A stretch of DNA of 64,000 nt. Source: Myxococcota bacterium. GTDB taxonomy: Bacteria; Myxococcota_A; Polyangia; Nannocystales; Nannocystaceae. Every line of letters starts with the position of its first letter. The first letter of the stretch is position 1. Positions 28,325-38,221 of this stretch are shown here, piece after piece. Where the stretch lies: positions 224,001 through 288,000 of the forward strand of contig JBCCHT010000002.1 in the NCBI GenBank assembly GCA_039028615.1, given 5' to 3'. Both the position numbers and the translations under genes were made by a program. A model generated the notes under the pieces. It was not told where the DNA came from. It saw nothing but the letters and a program-made list of their open reading frames with translations, and ran no database searches.

Positions 28325-29965
28325 CTACGGGGCGGGAGGCGGAGGCGGCACGTCCCCGGACTCGGGCGGGGGCGGCGGGGCCGACTCGTCGGTGCTCGGG
28401 TCGGTCGGGTCGGCCGCAGGCTCCGACGCCTCCGACTCGTTCGCCTCGTCCTCGACCTCGGGCAGCTCCGACGCCTCGCCCTTCCCGGCACCCGAACCCC
28501 GACGACCGAAGCGGACCTTGGCGTGCACCGCCGCCGCCCCGATGAACAGCTTGTAGGTGCCGTTGCCCAGGTCGAAGTCGGAGTCGGTCACCGTACGCGG
28601 GATGATCCCCTGGAGCCGTACGTCGCCCAGGATGCTGAGTCGATCGTTGATCGCGAACTCGAGCCCCGCGCCCCCGATGAGCCGATGACCATCGGGCGAA
28701 GACATGTCCACGGTGGAGTCGGGCGAGGCCCCGGACTGGTAGCCCAGCGTGCCGGAAACGAGCAGCTTGTCGGTGACCTGACCGCGCACGTTGAGGTCGG
28801 TATGCACCGTGTTCACCCAGTTGCGCACCAGATCTTGGGGGACGCTCTCGCCGATGCCGAGCGCGGGCTGAGCCAGGTCGGGCGAGGTCAGGGTGATGTC
28901 GACGACGTCGAAGTCCGAGTAGAAGACGTAGGACAGCGAGCCGTCGATCTTGACCTTGGGATGGACCTGGTAGCCCGCTCCAGCCGTGATCCGCTTGGGC
29001 AGCGACAGCTCGATCTCCGCATCGCCCCGCACCAGCGGCGGGAACTGGAGCCCCTGCTCGGCGAGGTCTTGGGTGAAGAACTCGTCGTCCATGTCGAGGG
29101 TGAAGTCCCCTCGCAGCCGCAGTCGCGAGCCGTGCTGGTAGACCAGCGCCAGGTCGAGCTTGTCGGTGGGACGCAGGGCCACGCCCGCATTGAAGGACAC
29201 CGAGTGCGAGATCGCGGGGCCGATGTTGGCCTGGCGCGAGAGCAAGTCGAGCTCGCGCACGGTGGAGGGCGCATTGGGCCCGAAGCTGTTGGGCTGGTTG
29301 ATCGGCGATGCCGCCAAACCGTCGCCAAAGGACTGCACGGCGCCGAAATCCTGGACTTTGCTCAGCTCCATCAGCGAAAAGACGTAGCTGACGCCCGCCC
29401 CGATGGAGATGACGTCGTGCAGCTTCAGCCCGGCTGACAGCGTGGTCGAGGCCGAGATCAAGGTGACCGATTGCGCCTGGTAGCGCTGCGCACCATCGTC
29501 GGGCAGCGCGAGGATGGCCGCGTAGGGCACGGACACGCCCGCGCCCAGCGTGAGGCGGTCGTTGACCACCGGGATGGCGACGAACGCATCGAACAGCGGC
29601 CCGGCCGGCGTCGCGCGAACGGGCTGCGCCAGGCCGCTACGGCTGGGGTCGATGTCCGCGGGATCGATGGGATCGGAAAAGTCGAAGTTGTCCGCGTACT
29701 GGTACTGCCCGCGCCGATCTCGTTGGTAGTCGACGACCCCGAAGATCACCCCCAGGCCAACCTCGAGCTCGGTGCGATCGATGTATCCGAGCTGGCCCGG
29801 GTTGTGATGCACCGCGGCGGCATCCCGGGTCACGGGCGAGGACTGCCCCGTACCCACGATGGGGGCATCGAAGCCCGACGCAGCCGCGGATTGAGCCACG
29901 GAGCCCACGGCGAGCATCGCGGCGACGGGCAAGAGGCGACCGAGGATGGCGCTGTCGCAGGTCAC
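28325..29965 (-). CDS. OmpP1/FadL/TodX-family outer-membrane transporter
   Basis: Signal peptide, ASGF start, DAAAVHHNPGQL hatch motif, beta strands, acidic/Pro-rich tail. Confidence 0.85.
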   Translation of the reverse strand: MTCDSAILGRLLPVAAMLAVGSVAQSAAASGFDAPIVGTGQSSPVTRDAAAVHHNPGQLGYIDRTELEVGLGVIFGVVDYQRDRRGQYQYADNFDFSDPIDPADIDPSRSGLAQPVRATPAGPLFDAFVAIPVVNDRLTLGAGVSVPYAAILALPDDGAQRYQAQSVTLISASTTLSAGLKLHDVISIGAGVSYVFSLMELSKVQDFGAVQSFGDGLAASPINQPNSFGPNAPSTVRELDLLSRQANIGPAISHSVSFNAGVALRPTDKLDLALVYQHGSRLRLRGDFTLDMDDEFFTQDLAEQGLQFPPLVRGDAEIELSLPKRITAGAGYQVHPKVKIDGSLSYVFYSDFDVVDITLTSPDLAQPALGIGESVPQDLVRNWVNTVHTDLNVRGQVTDKLLVSGTLGYQSGASPDSTVDMSSPDGHRLIGGAGLEFAINDRLSILGDVRLQGIIPRTVTDSDFDLGNGTYKLFIGAAAVHAKVRFGRRGSGAGKGEASELPEVEDEANESEASEPAADPTDPSTDESAPPPPPESGDVPPPPPAP

Positions 29966-29980
29966 GAGCTGACTCGTATA

Positions 29981-31186
29981 TCACGGCCCTGCGGTACCGG
30001 GGTGGGCCGTCCCCGCCCGCGTGCCCCAATAGACGGCAAAGCTGGCGAGCCAATGTCCGCCCGCATAGTGCTCGTCGCTGACCGCGGCCACGGCCGCTCC
30101 GGCGTGGCGATCGGCCGCGGCACGCAGCGAAGCCCGGCGAGGGTCGTTCGGAGGCAACCCCTGCTCGATGCCGTCGAGCATCCACGCCCGACTCGAACTC
30201 AGGCCATCGAGGTGAACCAGCTTGCCATCGCGTCGGTCGGCGGGAACGGCCAGAGGCAGCCAATTCGCGGAGCCATCGGTGGGGATCGTCGGCAATGCCG
30301 CACTGAGCCATCGACCGAATTCCTCGGCGGGGACGATCCGGCGCATGAGATCCGCGGCCCCCAAACATGGGGACAAAAAGTCATGCCCCGAAGGCTCGAG
30401 GTGCAGGGCGCAATCGCGATCGTTGCCGTAGAGGCGCAGCGAGTGTTCCTCGATGATCGCGGCCAGACGCGGATCGCCGCCCTCGCTGCGGGCCCAGTCG
30501 AGCGCCAGGCCGAAGGCGAACCCGGTTTGGCTGTGCTCGCCGCTGCGGATGGGATGGGACAGCTTGGGGATCCACGCGGCCAAGTGTGCCGCCGCCTCGG
30601 CCTCGAGCGGCGCGAGAGCCTGCGACCACGCCTGTGCCTGCGGGTCGTCCCACGCCCGCAGCTCCGCTCCGAGCTGGAGCAACCACGCCAACCCATAGGG
30701 GCGCTCGAACCCCGCCCGATCGGCACGCTGCAGGTAGCTCAGCTCGGTCTGCAAGGAAGCCGCGGTCAGGCTTCGATCCAAGGCTGCCCGCGCATCGGCG
30801 CTGGTCGAGGCGTCGGGGAATAGCCGAGCCGTGCGCGCCAGCAGCCAGTGTCCGTGCACCGCCGAGTGCCAGTCGAAGCATCCGTAAAAGGCCGGGGTCA
30901 GCTCGCGCGGTGACGCCACGTCGTCGGGGCCCGCGAGCACATGGGCAATCTTGTTGGGATAGTCGCGGTGGACACACGAAAGAGCCATGCCCGCGAAGCG
31001 CTCCGCTTGGGCCGAGGACAGGGCGACCTCGGAACGCGGAGCGAGCGGCTCGTCGGCTCCGGCCGGCTGCGCCCCGGCCGGAGCGGGCCGTGACGCCATG
31101 CACCCGCCCCCCGCTGCGCTCATGCCCAAAATCAGCGCTACGACCCATGCGCTGCCCGTGTGGCTTCGTTCGGATTCAGCGTTCAT
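29981..31186 (-). CDS. DUF2891-family protein
   Basis: YPNK, PAFYGCFDWHSAVHGHW, FERPYGLAW, GEHSQT, EPSGHDFLSP, HLDGL, HYAGGHWL. Confidence 0.85.
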   Translation of the reverse strand: MNAESERSHTGSAWVVALILGMSAAGGGCMASRPAPAGAQPAGADEPLAPRSEVALSSAQAERFAGMALSCVHRDYPNKIAHVLAGPDDVASPRELTPAFYGCFDWHSAVHGHWLLARTARLFPDASTSADARAALDRSLTAASLQTELSYLQRADRAGFERPYGLAWLLQLGAELRAWDDPQAQAWSQALAPLEAEAAAHLAAWIPKLSHPIRSGEHSQTGFAFGLALDWARSEGGDPRLAAIIEEHSLRLYGNDRDCALHLEPSGHDFLSPCLGAADLMRRIVPAEEFGRWLSAALPTIPTDGSANWLPLAVPADRRDGKLVHLDGLSSSRAWMLDGIEQGLPPNDPRRASLRAAADRHAGAAVAAVSDEHYAGGHWLASFAVYWGTRAGTAHPGTAGP

Positions 31187-31264
31187 CCCGGCTCCACCCC
31201 GGACCATAGCGCGCTGAGACCACCGACCGAGCGCGAATGGTCCCGCTCGGTATACTCTGCCGCC

Positions 31265-32944
31265 GTGTCGGTCCTGCGGACCCTGGTTAGCTCTTCGCGA
31301 GCCCTGATCACCGGAGCCAAAGAGGTGGCCCGCTTTCGCGAGATCGCGGGGGTGTTCGTCACGCACGGCTTCGGCTGGGTCTTCGCTCAGCTCAAGCTAC
31401 GTCGCGAGCTCCAGCCCGACCTCGAGGGCTTCGATCGCACGCGGGCGGCCCTGGCCAGTCCCGACACGGGCAAGCGCCTGGTCGCCGCGCTCACCGAGCT
31501 GGGCCCCACCTTCGTCAAGCTGGGGCAGATCCTCTCCACGCGCTCCGACCTGCTGCCCGAGAGCATCTACTCCGAGCTCACCAAGCTCCAGGACGACGTC
31601 GACACCCTGCCCTTTTCCGACGTCGAGTCGCAGCTGGTCAAGACGCTCGGCGAGGACTACCGCAAGCACTTCGCCAGCCTCGACGAGACCCCGCTGGCCT
31701 CGGCCAGCATCGCTCAGGTTCACCGGGCCACGCTCACCGATGGCCAGGAGGTCGTGCTCAAGATCCAGCGGCCGGGGGTCAAGCCCAAGATCGAGAGCGA
31801 TCTGGGCATCCTCTACGCGATCGCGGGCTGGGCCGAGGAGGCCATCGACGAGGCGCGGGCCATGGACCTGCGCGGGGTCATCACCGACTTCACCAAGTCC
31901 ATCTCCCAGGAGATCGACTTCAAGATCGAGGCCCGCAACCTCGAGCGCTTCACTCGCAACTTCGTGGACGTGGAGCACGTGGTGTTCCCCAAGGTCTTCG
32001 ACGAGCTGTCGAGCACCGAGGTCCTGTGCATGGAGTTCATGCCGGGGCGCAAGTTCAGCGAGGTCCTCGACGCGGGCGAGAGCACCGACGAGATCATCCA
32101 GCGCTACTTCGACGGCGCCTACAAGATGCTGTTTCACGACGGCTTCTTCCACGGCGACCTGCACCCGGGCAACGTCCTGCGGCTCGAGGACGGCCGCCTC
32201 GCCATCATCGACTGCGGCATGGTCGGGCGCCTGTCGCCGATGATGCGCGACAAGCTCATCGACATCCTGTGGGCGGTGATCAACGAGGACCTCGAGGGCG
32301 TGGCGCGGTCGTTCTGGGCCCTGTCGGTCCGCCAGGGCCCCGTCGACTACCAGGCCTTCGAGCGGGACGTCGTGGACATCGCCGAGCGCTACATCGTGGG
32401 GCTGCCGCTGTCCGAGATCCAGATCGGCACGCTCTTCGCCGAGATCGTGGCCGGGGCCACCCGCCACCAAGTCCGCATGCCCACGGACTTCACCATGATG
32501 TTCAAGGCGATCATCACCACCGAGGGCATGGCCAAGGCCATCGCGCCCGACCTCGACCCGGTGGAGATGGCTCGGCCCTACATCGAGGAGATGATCACCC
32601 AGCGCTACAGCCCCGACCGGATCAAGCAGCAGGCGCTGGCCGACTTCGGGGTGTTGTCGCGGATGTTCCGCAATCTCCCCAACTCGGTGCCCGACCTCAT
32701 CGAGGAGATTCGCGGGGGCAAGATCGCCATCGGCGTCGCGCCCAAGACCATCGATACCCTCGAGCAGGGCGCCGACCAGCGGGCGCGCCGCAACGTCCGA
32801 GCCGCCCTCACCGTGACGTGTCTGGGCTGCGGCACCTATACGATGGGCCTGGGTCTGCCCGTCTGGGATCTGGTGGGCATCCCCGCTCTGGCCGCCGCGT
32901 TCTTCGTGGGCGCGGGCGTGGGTTTGTTCTCGCTGTGGAGATGA
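31265..32944 (+). CDS. ABC1/UbiB-family atypical kinase
   Basis: LGPTFVKLGQILSTR, PLASASIAQVH, KIQRP, FFHGDLHPGN, IDCGM; C-terminal TM helices. Confidence 0.92.
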   Translation: MSVLRTLVSSSRALITGAKEVARFREIAGVFVTHGFGWVFAQLKLRRELQPDLEGFDRTRAALASPDTGKRLVAALTELGPTFVKLGQILSTRSDLLPESIYSELTKLQDDVDTLPFSDVESQLVKTLGEDYRKHFASLDETPLASASIAQVHRATLTDGQEVVLKIQRPGVKPKIESDLGILYAIAGWAEEAIDEARAMDLRGVITDFTKSISQEIDFKIEARNLERFTRNFVDVEHVVFPKVFDELSSTEVLCMEFMPGRKFSEVLDAGESTDEIIQRYFDGAYKMLFHDGFFHGDLHPGNVLRLEDGRLAIIDCGMVGRLSPMMRDKLIDILWAVINEDLEGVARSFWALSVRQGPVDYQAFERDVVDIAERYIVGLPLSEIQIGTLFAEIVAGATRHQVRMPTDFTMMFKAIITTEGMAKAIAPDLDPVEMARPYIEEMITQRYSPDRIKQQALADFGVLSRMFRNLPNSVPDLIEEIRGGKIAIGVAPKTIDTLEQGADQRARRNVRAALTVTCLGCGTYTMGLGLPVWDLVGIPALAAAFFVGAGVGLFSLWR

Positions 32945-32959
32945 TCGCGTCGGGGTGAC

Positions 32960-35900
32960 ATGACCGAGACGGCCGAGACCAATACCGCGACCCCGCGAGC
33001 CTCGGTCCCCGCCAGAGCATCGGCCGACGTCGTCGCGACCGCCCAGACGGTGGGGCGCTTCACCGTGCTGGGTCGAGTGGGCGCAGGCGGGATGGGCCAG
33101 GTCTTCGCCGCGTACGACCCCGTGCTCGACCGTCGCGTGGCCCTCAAGCTGCTGCATGCCAACCGCGGCCCCGCCGACCACGACCGCCTCGTTCGCGAAG
33201 CCAAGGCCCTGGCCCGGCTCACCCACCCCAACGTGGTCGCGGTCCACGACGTCGGCATCGAAGACGATCGGATCTTCGTGGCGATGGAGTATGTCGACGG
33301 GGTCACGCTCAAGGCCTGGGCCCGACAGCAGCCCGGCCGCGATCGCATGAGCGAGGCGCTGGAGCTGCTGCGCCAGGCGGGACGAGGTCTGCAGGCCGCA
33401 CACGCGCAAGGGCTGGTGCACCGCGACTTCAAGCCGAGCAACGTGCTGGTCGGCACCGACGGCCGGGTCCGCGTCGCCGACTTCGGGCTGGCGCGCTCGC
33501 CCCACTCCAAGTCTCAGCGCGAGACCACCCGATCCCACGAGAGCATCCCGAGCCTCGCGGGCGACGACAGCCGGGACTCGACCCCCCAGGACCCCATCGA
33601 GCGACCGCTGACCCGAGCCGGAGCGGTGGTCGGCACGCCCCGCTACATGGCGCCCGAGCAGGCCCGCGGCGAGCAGGTCGATGCCAAGAGCGATCAGTTT
33701 TCGTTCTGCGTCGCCGCGTGGGAAGTGCTCTTCGAGACCCGCCCCTTTCGCTTCGAGACCACGACGCCCGAAGCCATGGCTTCGCTCAGCGTCGAGCCGA
33801 CCCACGATGGCGAGATCCAGCTGCCCGGGAACCTCGAGGCGGCTCTGCGCAAGGGCCTGGCGCGCCGTGCCTCCGGCCGCCATCGTTCGATGGAAGCGCT
33901 GCTGGCCGCGTTCGACGGGGCGATCGACGAGCGTTCCGGTCGCCCGCCGCAACGCAGCTCCCGAAGAAACGTTGCATCGGGAGCCATCGGACTGCTGCTG
34001 GTGGGCGGCTTGGCCTACCAACTCGGCGGCCAGAAGACCGAGGCGCCCCAGTGTACGGGCGCGGCTTCGCAGCTCGCCGAGCTGTGGAACGACGCCAATC
34101 GGGAGCAAGTCCGCGCCGCCATCCTCGATACCGGAGTCGGGCACGCGCCGCGCAGCGCCGATGCCGTGGTGCGCGACCTCGATGCCTACGCCGACGCATG
34201 GATCGACGGACACACCCGCGCGTGCGAAGCCACCCGAGTGCACGCCGAGCAATCCGAGGCGATGCTCGACCTGCGCATGACCTGCCTGGCCCGCCGACGC
34301 CGAGGCCTGCGCTCGGCCGTCAACGCGCTGCGCCGCACCGAGCCCGCCTGGGTCGACGACGCCGTCACGCTGGTGCGCTCCCTCGACTCCGTCGAGACCT
34401 GCGCCGACCTGGCCTACGTGCAATCCGAGGTCCCGCTCCCCAGCGACGAGACGACCCGAGCCGAGGTCGATGCCCTCCGGGACGACCTCGCCGAGCTGCG
34501 AGCCACCTGGATTCTGGGCCGCGTCGACGAAGCGGTCGACCGCGCGAAGTCCATGGTGGCCCGCGCCCGCGACATCGACTACCCCATCGTGCTGAGCGAG
34601 AGCCTCCACCAGCAGGGGCTCATCGAAGACCGCACCCAACGCTTCGAGGATGCCGCCAAGAGCCTCCGCGAGGCGTTCTTCATCGCCGAGCGCAGCGGGG
34701 CCGATCGCCGGGCCGCAGCGATCGCGTCCTATGCCTCCTACGTCGTCGGGTATCGGCAGCACGAGCTCGACGAGGGCCTGCTGTGGAACGACCTCGCCAG
34801 TGCCGCGTTCGAACGCAGCGGGATCACCAGCACCCGGCTCGAAGCGCGAATCCTCCAGCACCGCGCTCTCGTCTACGAAGCCGCGGGCCGCTACGACCGC
34901 GCGTTCGAGCTCCAGGACCGAGGATTGGCCGTGATCGAAGGCGAGTCGCTCCCGCTGGTCGAGTCCAAGATGCTCTCCGGGCGAGCGAGCAACGCGTCCT
35001 GGCTCGGCAACACCGCCAGCGCGATCGCGGACCTCGAGCGTGCCCTGACCCTCGAAGAACAGGTCGCCGGCGTCGACCATCCCATGCTCGCCGACGTGGC
35101 CTTCAACCTCGCGCTCACCTACGGCTTCGTCGGTCGCATCGACGATGCCCTCGCGCTGCTCGAGCGAGCCCACCGCATCTATCTCGCCAGCGAGGGGGAG
35201 TCCGGACGCAACGTGGGCTCGGTGATCGCCGAGTTCGCACGCCTGCACATGCTGCAGGGGCAGTTCGAGCGGGCGAAGGGCGAGCTCGAACGAGCCGCGA
35301 CGATCTTCGAGGCCACCATCGGCCCCAAGCACCCCGAATACGCGATGCTCCACCATCGCCTGGGCCAGCTGAACGTTCGCCTCGGCGACTACGACCAGGC
35401 GATGCCCGGCCTCCAGCGCGCGCTCGCTCTGTTTCGGGAATCGATGGGCGAAGACCACGTCTACACCGCCATCGCATGGAGCGGCGTCGGCGACATGCAT
35501 CGGCTCCAGGGCGACCTCGACCAGGCCCGCGAGGCATACGAGCGGGCGTTGCCTCCGCTTCGCACCGCCCACGACGAGTACAATACGGCGGTGGTGCTCA
35601 ACGGGCTCGGGCGACTGAACCTCGAGGAAGGCGCCCTCGATCGCGCCCGCGAGCAGTTCACCGAGGCGCTGAAGTCCCACGAGCAGGCATCGACCGCCGA
35701 CGGCATCACCGACTCGCTCGATGGTCTCGCCCAGGTGCACGAGCGCGAGGGCGACTTCGCGGAGGCCGTTCGATTGCTCGAGCGAGCGCAGACGCTGGCC
35801 AAGACCGAGCTGGTCGTCCTCCCCGTCACCCTCGCCTCGATTCGCTTCTCGCTGGCCCGCAGCAGCTGGCAAGCCACGAAGGACCCTGGCGCTCGCGCCC

Positions 35901-36007
35901 TCGCCCTGCTGGCCCGCGAGCACTACGCGAGCCTCGGGACCGCCGAAGCGGACGAAGTCGAGGCGATCGATCAATGGCTACGCGAGCTTCCCGAGTCCCT
36001 CCCATGA
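32960..36007 (+). CDS. Membrane Ser/Thr kinase with extracytoplasmic TPR repeats
   Basis: GAGGMG, VALK, HRDFKPSN, DFG, GTPRYMAPE; TM segment; TPR repeats. Confidence 0.95.
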   Translation: MTETAETNTATPRASVPARASADVVATAQTVGRFTVLGRVGAGGMGQVFAAYDPVLDRRVALKLLHANRGPADHDRLVREAKALARLTHPNVVAVHDVGIEDDRIFVAMEYVDGVTLKAWARQQPGRDRMSEALELLRQAGRGLQAAHAQGLVHRDFKPSNVLVGTDGRVRVADFGLARSPHSKSQRETTRSHESIPSLAGDDSRDSTPQDPIERPLTRAGAVVGTPRYMAPEQARGEQVDAKSDQFSFCVAAWEVLFETRPFRFETTTPEAMASLSVEPTHDGEIQLPGNLEAALRKGLARRASGRHRSMEALLAAFDGAIDERSGRPPQRSSRRNVASGAIGLLLVGGLAYQLGGQKTEAPQCTGAASQLAELWNDANREQVRAAILDTGVGHAPRSADAVVRDLDAYADAWIDGHTRACEATRVHAEQSEAMLDLRMTCLARRRRGLRSAVNALRRTEPAWVDDAVTLVRSLDSVETCADLAYVQSEVPLPSDETTRAEVDALRDDLAELRATWILGRVDEAVDRAKSMVARARDIDYPIVLSESLHQQGLIEDRTQRFEDAAKSLREAFFIAERSGADRRAAAIASYASYVVGYRQHELDEGLLWNDLASAAFERSGITSTRLEARILQHRALVYEAAGRYDRAFELQDRGLAVIEGESLPLVESKMLSGRASNASWLGNTASAIADLERALTLEEQVAGVDHPMLADVAFNLALTYGFVGRIDDALALLERAHRIYLASEGESGRNVGSVIAEFARLHMLQGQFERAKGELERAATIFEATIGPKHPEYAMLHHRLGQLNVRLGDYDQAMPGLQRALALFRESMGEDHVYTAIAWSGVGDMHRLQGDLDQAREAYERALPPLRTAHDEYNTAVVLNGLGRLNLEEGALDRAREQFTEALKSHEQASTADGITDSLDGLAQVHEREGDFAEAVRLLERAQTLAKTELVVLPVTLASIRFSLARSSWQATKDPGARALALLAREHYASLGTAEADEVEAIDQWLRELPESLP

Positions 36008-38154
36008 GCGCGGCCATGACCTGCCAGCATGGTGCCGACCACCTCGGGCCTCCCGCTCGGCTCCGCCGGTTGATGGCCACGGCGGCCTTGCTCCTGGGCC
36101 TGGGCTGCACGTCCGTGCGCGGCTCCTTGCCCGAGCCCGAGCCGCGCGCCCCGGTCACCGCCTCCGAGACGGGCTGGCTGGCGGGCGCGGCCGAGATCGA
36201 CATCACCCCTCCCCCCGGCTACGCGATGGGCGGGCACTCTCTCGAAGGCGCGGTGGGGTTCGGCGTGTGGACCCGATTGCGCGCCCAAGCGCTGTACTTC
36301 GAGGACACGCGCGGCGTGCCCTTGGTGCTGGTCGCCTGTGACTTGTGGGCCGTGGAAGCGGGCCTGGTCGACCGCGTCGCGCAGCGGCTGCGCGAGCACC
36401 CCGGCCTCGAGCACATCGGCCGCGAGCACCTGATCATCGCCGCCACCCACACCCACCACAGCCCGGGCCTGTTCTCCACCGGCCTGGCCTATAGCCGCTA
36501 CGCCGCCGCCGACAGCGGTCACGATCCCGTGCTCTTCGAGGCGCTGGCCAACCGCCTCGCGACCGCCATTGCCGAGGCCGCCGCGTCGCGCCGCCCCGCT
36601 CGGATCCAACACCACACCGTGGCCCTGCCCGCCGTCGCTCGCAACCGCAGCGTGGAGGCCTTCCTGCACGACCCCGAGGCGCCTGCCTTGCTGAGCACCA
36701 ACGCCGGGCTCCCCGGGTGTCGCGGACAACCCAGCTCGGGCGGCGTCGACCCCTGCCATGCCGTCGAGCCCTTGGTCGAGACCCTGCACGTGGTCGATGC
36801 CGCCGACGGGCGCAACATCGCGGTGGCCGGCGTCTTCGCCATGCACCCCACCGCGATGCCCAAGACGACCGAGCTGTATCACGGCGACGCGTTCGGCATC
36901 GCCAGCACGCGCGCCCAGACGCAGCTGGCCGACCCCGAGCACGGAGAGCCGGTCGTCGCCCTGTTCAACGGGGCCCAGGGGGACGTCTCGCCCAACTGGG
37001 ATCCTCAGGGGCGGCCTTCGACCATCGAGCTCGGCCATGCCCTCGGGCGCGCCCTGGTCGACGCCATCGAGACCCCCGGCACCCCAGTGGAGGGTGAGAT
37101 CGAGGTCGCCTTCGCCTGGCAGACCCTCGCCGGGCAGCGCTTCGAAGACGCCGAAGGGACGCCCCTGCGCACCGCTCGAAGCGCTCGCTCGGGCAAGGGG
37201 CAGTTCGGCGGGGCCGAGGATGGCCGCACCTGGCTCTTCGAACGAGGCTGGCGCGAAGGCAAGCGCAACAAGCGACGCCGCAACAACGGCCAGGGCAACA
37301 AGCGCGCCCCCTTCCCATGGCCGCTTTCGTGGCTCACGCCCCCGCCGGGCTCGATGCCGAAGGCGGTGCCGCTGTCCGTGGCGTCGCTCGGCCACGTCAC
37401 GCTGCTCGGACTCCCGGGCGAGTTCAGTACGGTCCTGGGCCAACGCATCGGCACGCGGGTCGGCGCGGGCCTGCCCGACGATCGAGTCGTGGTGCGCCTG
37501 GGCCTGGCCGGCGGCTACCTCTCCTACTTCACCACCCCCGAGGAGTACGGCGCCCAGCACTACGAGGGCGCTTCGATGCTCTACGGCGAGCACGCGGGCG
37601 TGCTCATCACCGAGCGCCTGGCCGAGCTCGCCGCCTCGCCCCGGGTCGAGCGCCCGCCCGACTTTCGCTACCGACCCGGACCTCGCCGAGACTGGGCGAT
37701 GGACCGCGGTCGCCAGCGCGCCCTGCTCGAGATCGAGGACCGCATCGCCGTGCAGCTCGACACGGGGCCCCCGCCCGGGCTCCCGCGCTTCTACCTGTGG
37801 GACACCGCCCCGCGCTGGCCCAGCGACGATCCCCACGCCCTCACCAGCCCCCGCGTGCGCGTCCAGGCGTGGCACGACGACCAGGGCTGGCAGGACTACG
37901 CCCCCGGGGGCATTCCCGTCGACGATCGCACGGGCACCCTGGCCCTGATGCTCACCCACGTGCAGGACGACGCGTGGCGCTGGGGCGTGTGGTGGCTCGA
38001 GCCCGGTGCCTCGCCCGGCCAGCCGCTGCGCTTCATCGTGGAGACGGTGGGCGTGGGCACGACCTGCTCGGAGCCCTTTTCCACCGACCAGTGGTTTCGC
38101 CCCACCGGGCCGGGCGTGCTCGACGTTCGGCCCTGCGAAGCACCCGCGCAATGA
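36004..38154 (+). CDS. Neutral/alkaline ceramidase-family lipoprotein
   Basis: ATHTHHSPG, RNRS, FAMHPT, GAQGDVSP, PGEFST, YFTTPEEY..QHYEG. ATGA overlap at 36004; start could be 36072. Confidence 0.85.
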   Translation: MSAAMTCQHGADHLGPPARLRRLMATAALLLGLGCTSVRGSLPEPEPRAPVTASETGWLAGAAEIDITPPPGYAMGGHSLEGAVGFGVWTRLRAQALYFEDTRGVPLVLVACDLWAVEAGLVDRVAQRLREHPGLEHIGREHLIIAATHTHHSPGLFSTGLAYSRYAAADSGHDPVLFEALANRLATAIAEAAASRRPARIQHHTVALPAVARNRSVEAFLHDPEAPALLSTNAGLPGCRGQPSSGGVDPCHAVEPLVETLHVVDAADGRNIAVAGVFAMHPTAMPKTTELYHGDAFGIASTRAQTQLADPEHGEPVVALFNGAQGDVSPNWDPQGRPSTIELGHALGRALVDAIETPGTPVEGEIEVAFAWQTLAGQRFEDAEGTPLRTARSARSGKGQFGGAEDGRTWLFERGWREGKRNKRRRNNGQGNKRAPFPWPLSWLTPPPGSMPKAVPLSVASLGHVTLLGLPGEFSTVLGQRIGTRVGAGLPDDRVVVRLGLAGGYLSYFTTPEEYGAQHYEGASMLYGEHAGVLITERLAELAASPRVERPPDFRYRPGPRRDWAMDRGRQRALLEIEDRIAVQLDTGPPPGLPRFYLWDTAPRWPSDDPHALTSPRVRVQAWHDDQGWQDYAPGGIPVDDRTGTLALMLTHVQDDAWRWGVWWLEPGASPGQPLRFIVETVGVGTTCSEPFSTDQWFRPTGPGVLDVRPCEAPAQ

Positions 38155-38157
38155 AAA

Positions 38158-38186
38158 GCGGCGGTGCCCCTCGGGGTCACCGCCGC
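38158..38186. terminator. Hairpin between convergent genes
   Basis: gcggcggtg...caccgccgc with inner cccc/gggg stem. Confidence 0.55.
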
Positions 38187-38221
38187 CTCGTCGGCGCCTC
38201 GGCGCCGCGCTTTCGACCCGA

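Noticed and set aside
31397..35974. 1525-aa antisense ORF (and similar long antisense ORFs elsewhere)
   Set aside because: Expected by-product of GC-rich codon bias opposite well-supported genes; no motifs.
33718..36003. 1478-aa giant ORF or overlapping gene
   Set aside because: Off-frame shadow of the kinase; real ceramidase sequence begins near 36004.
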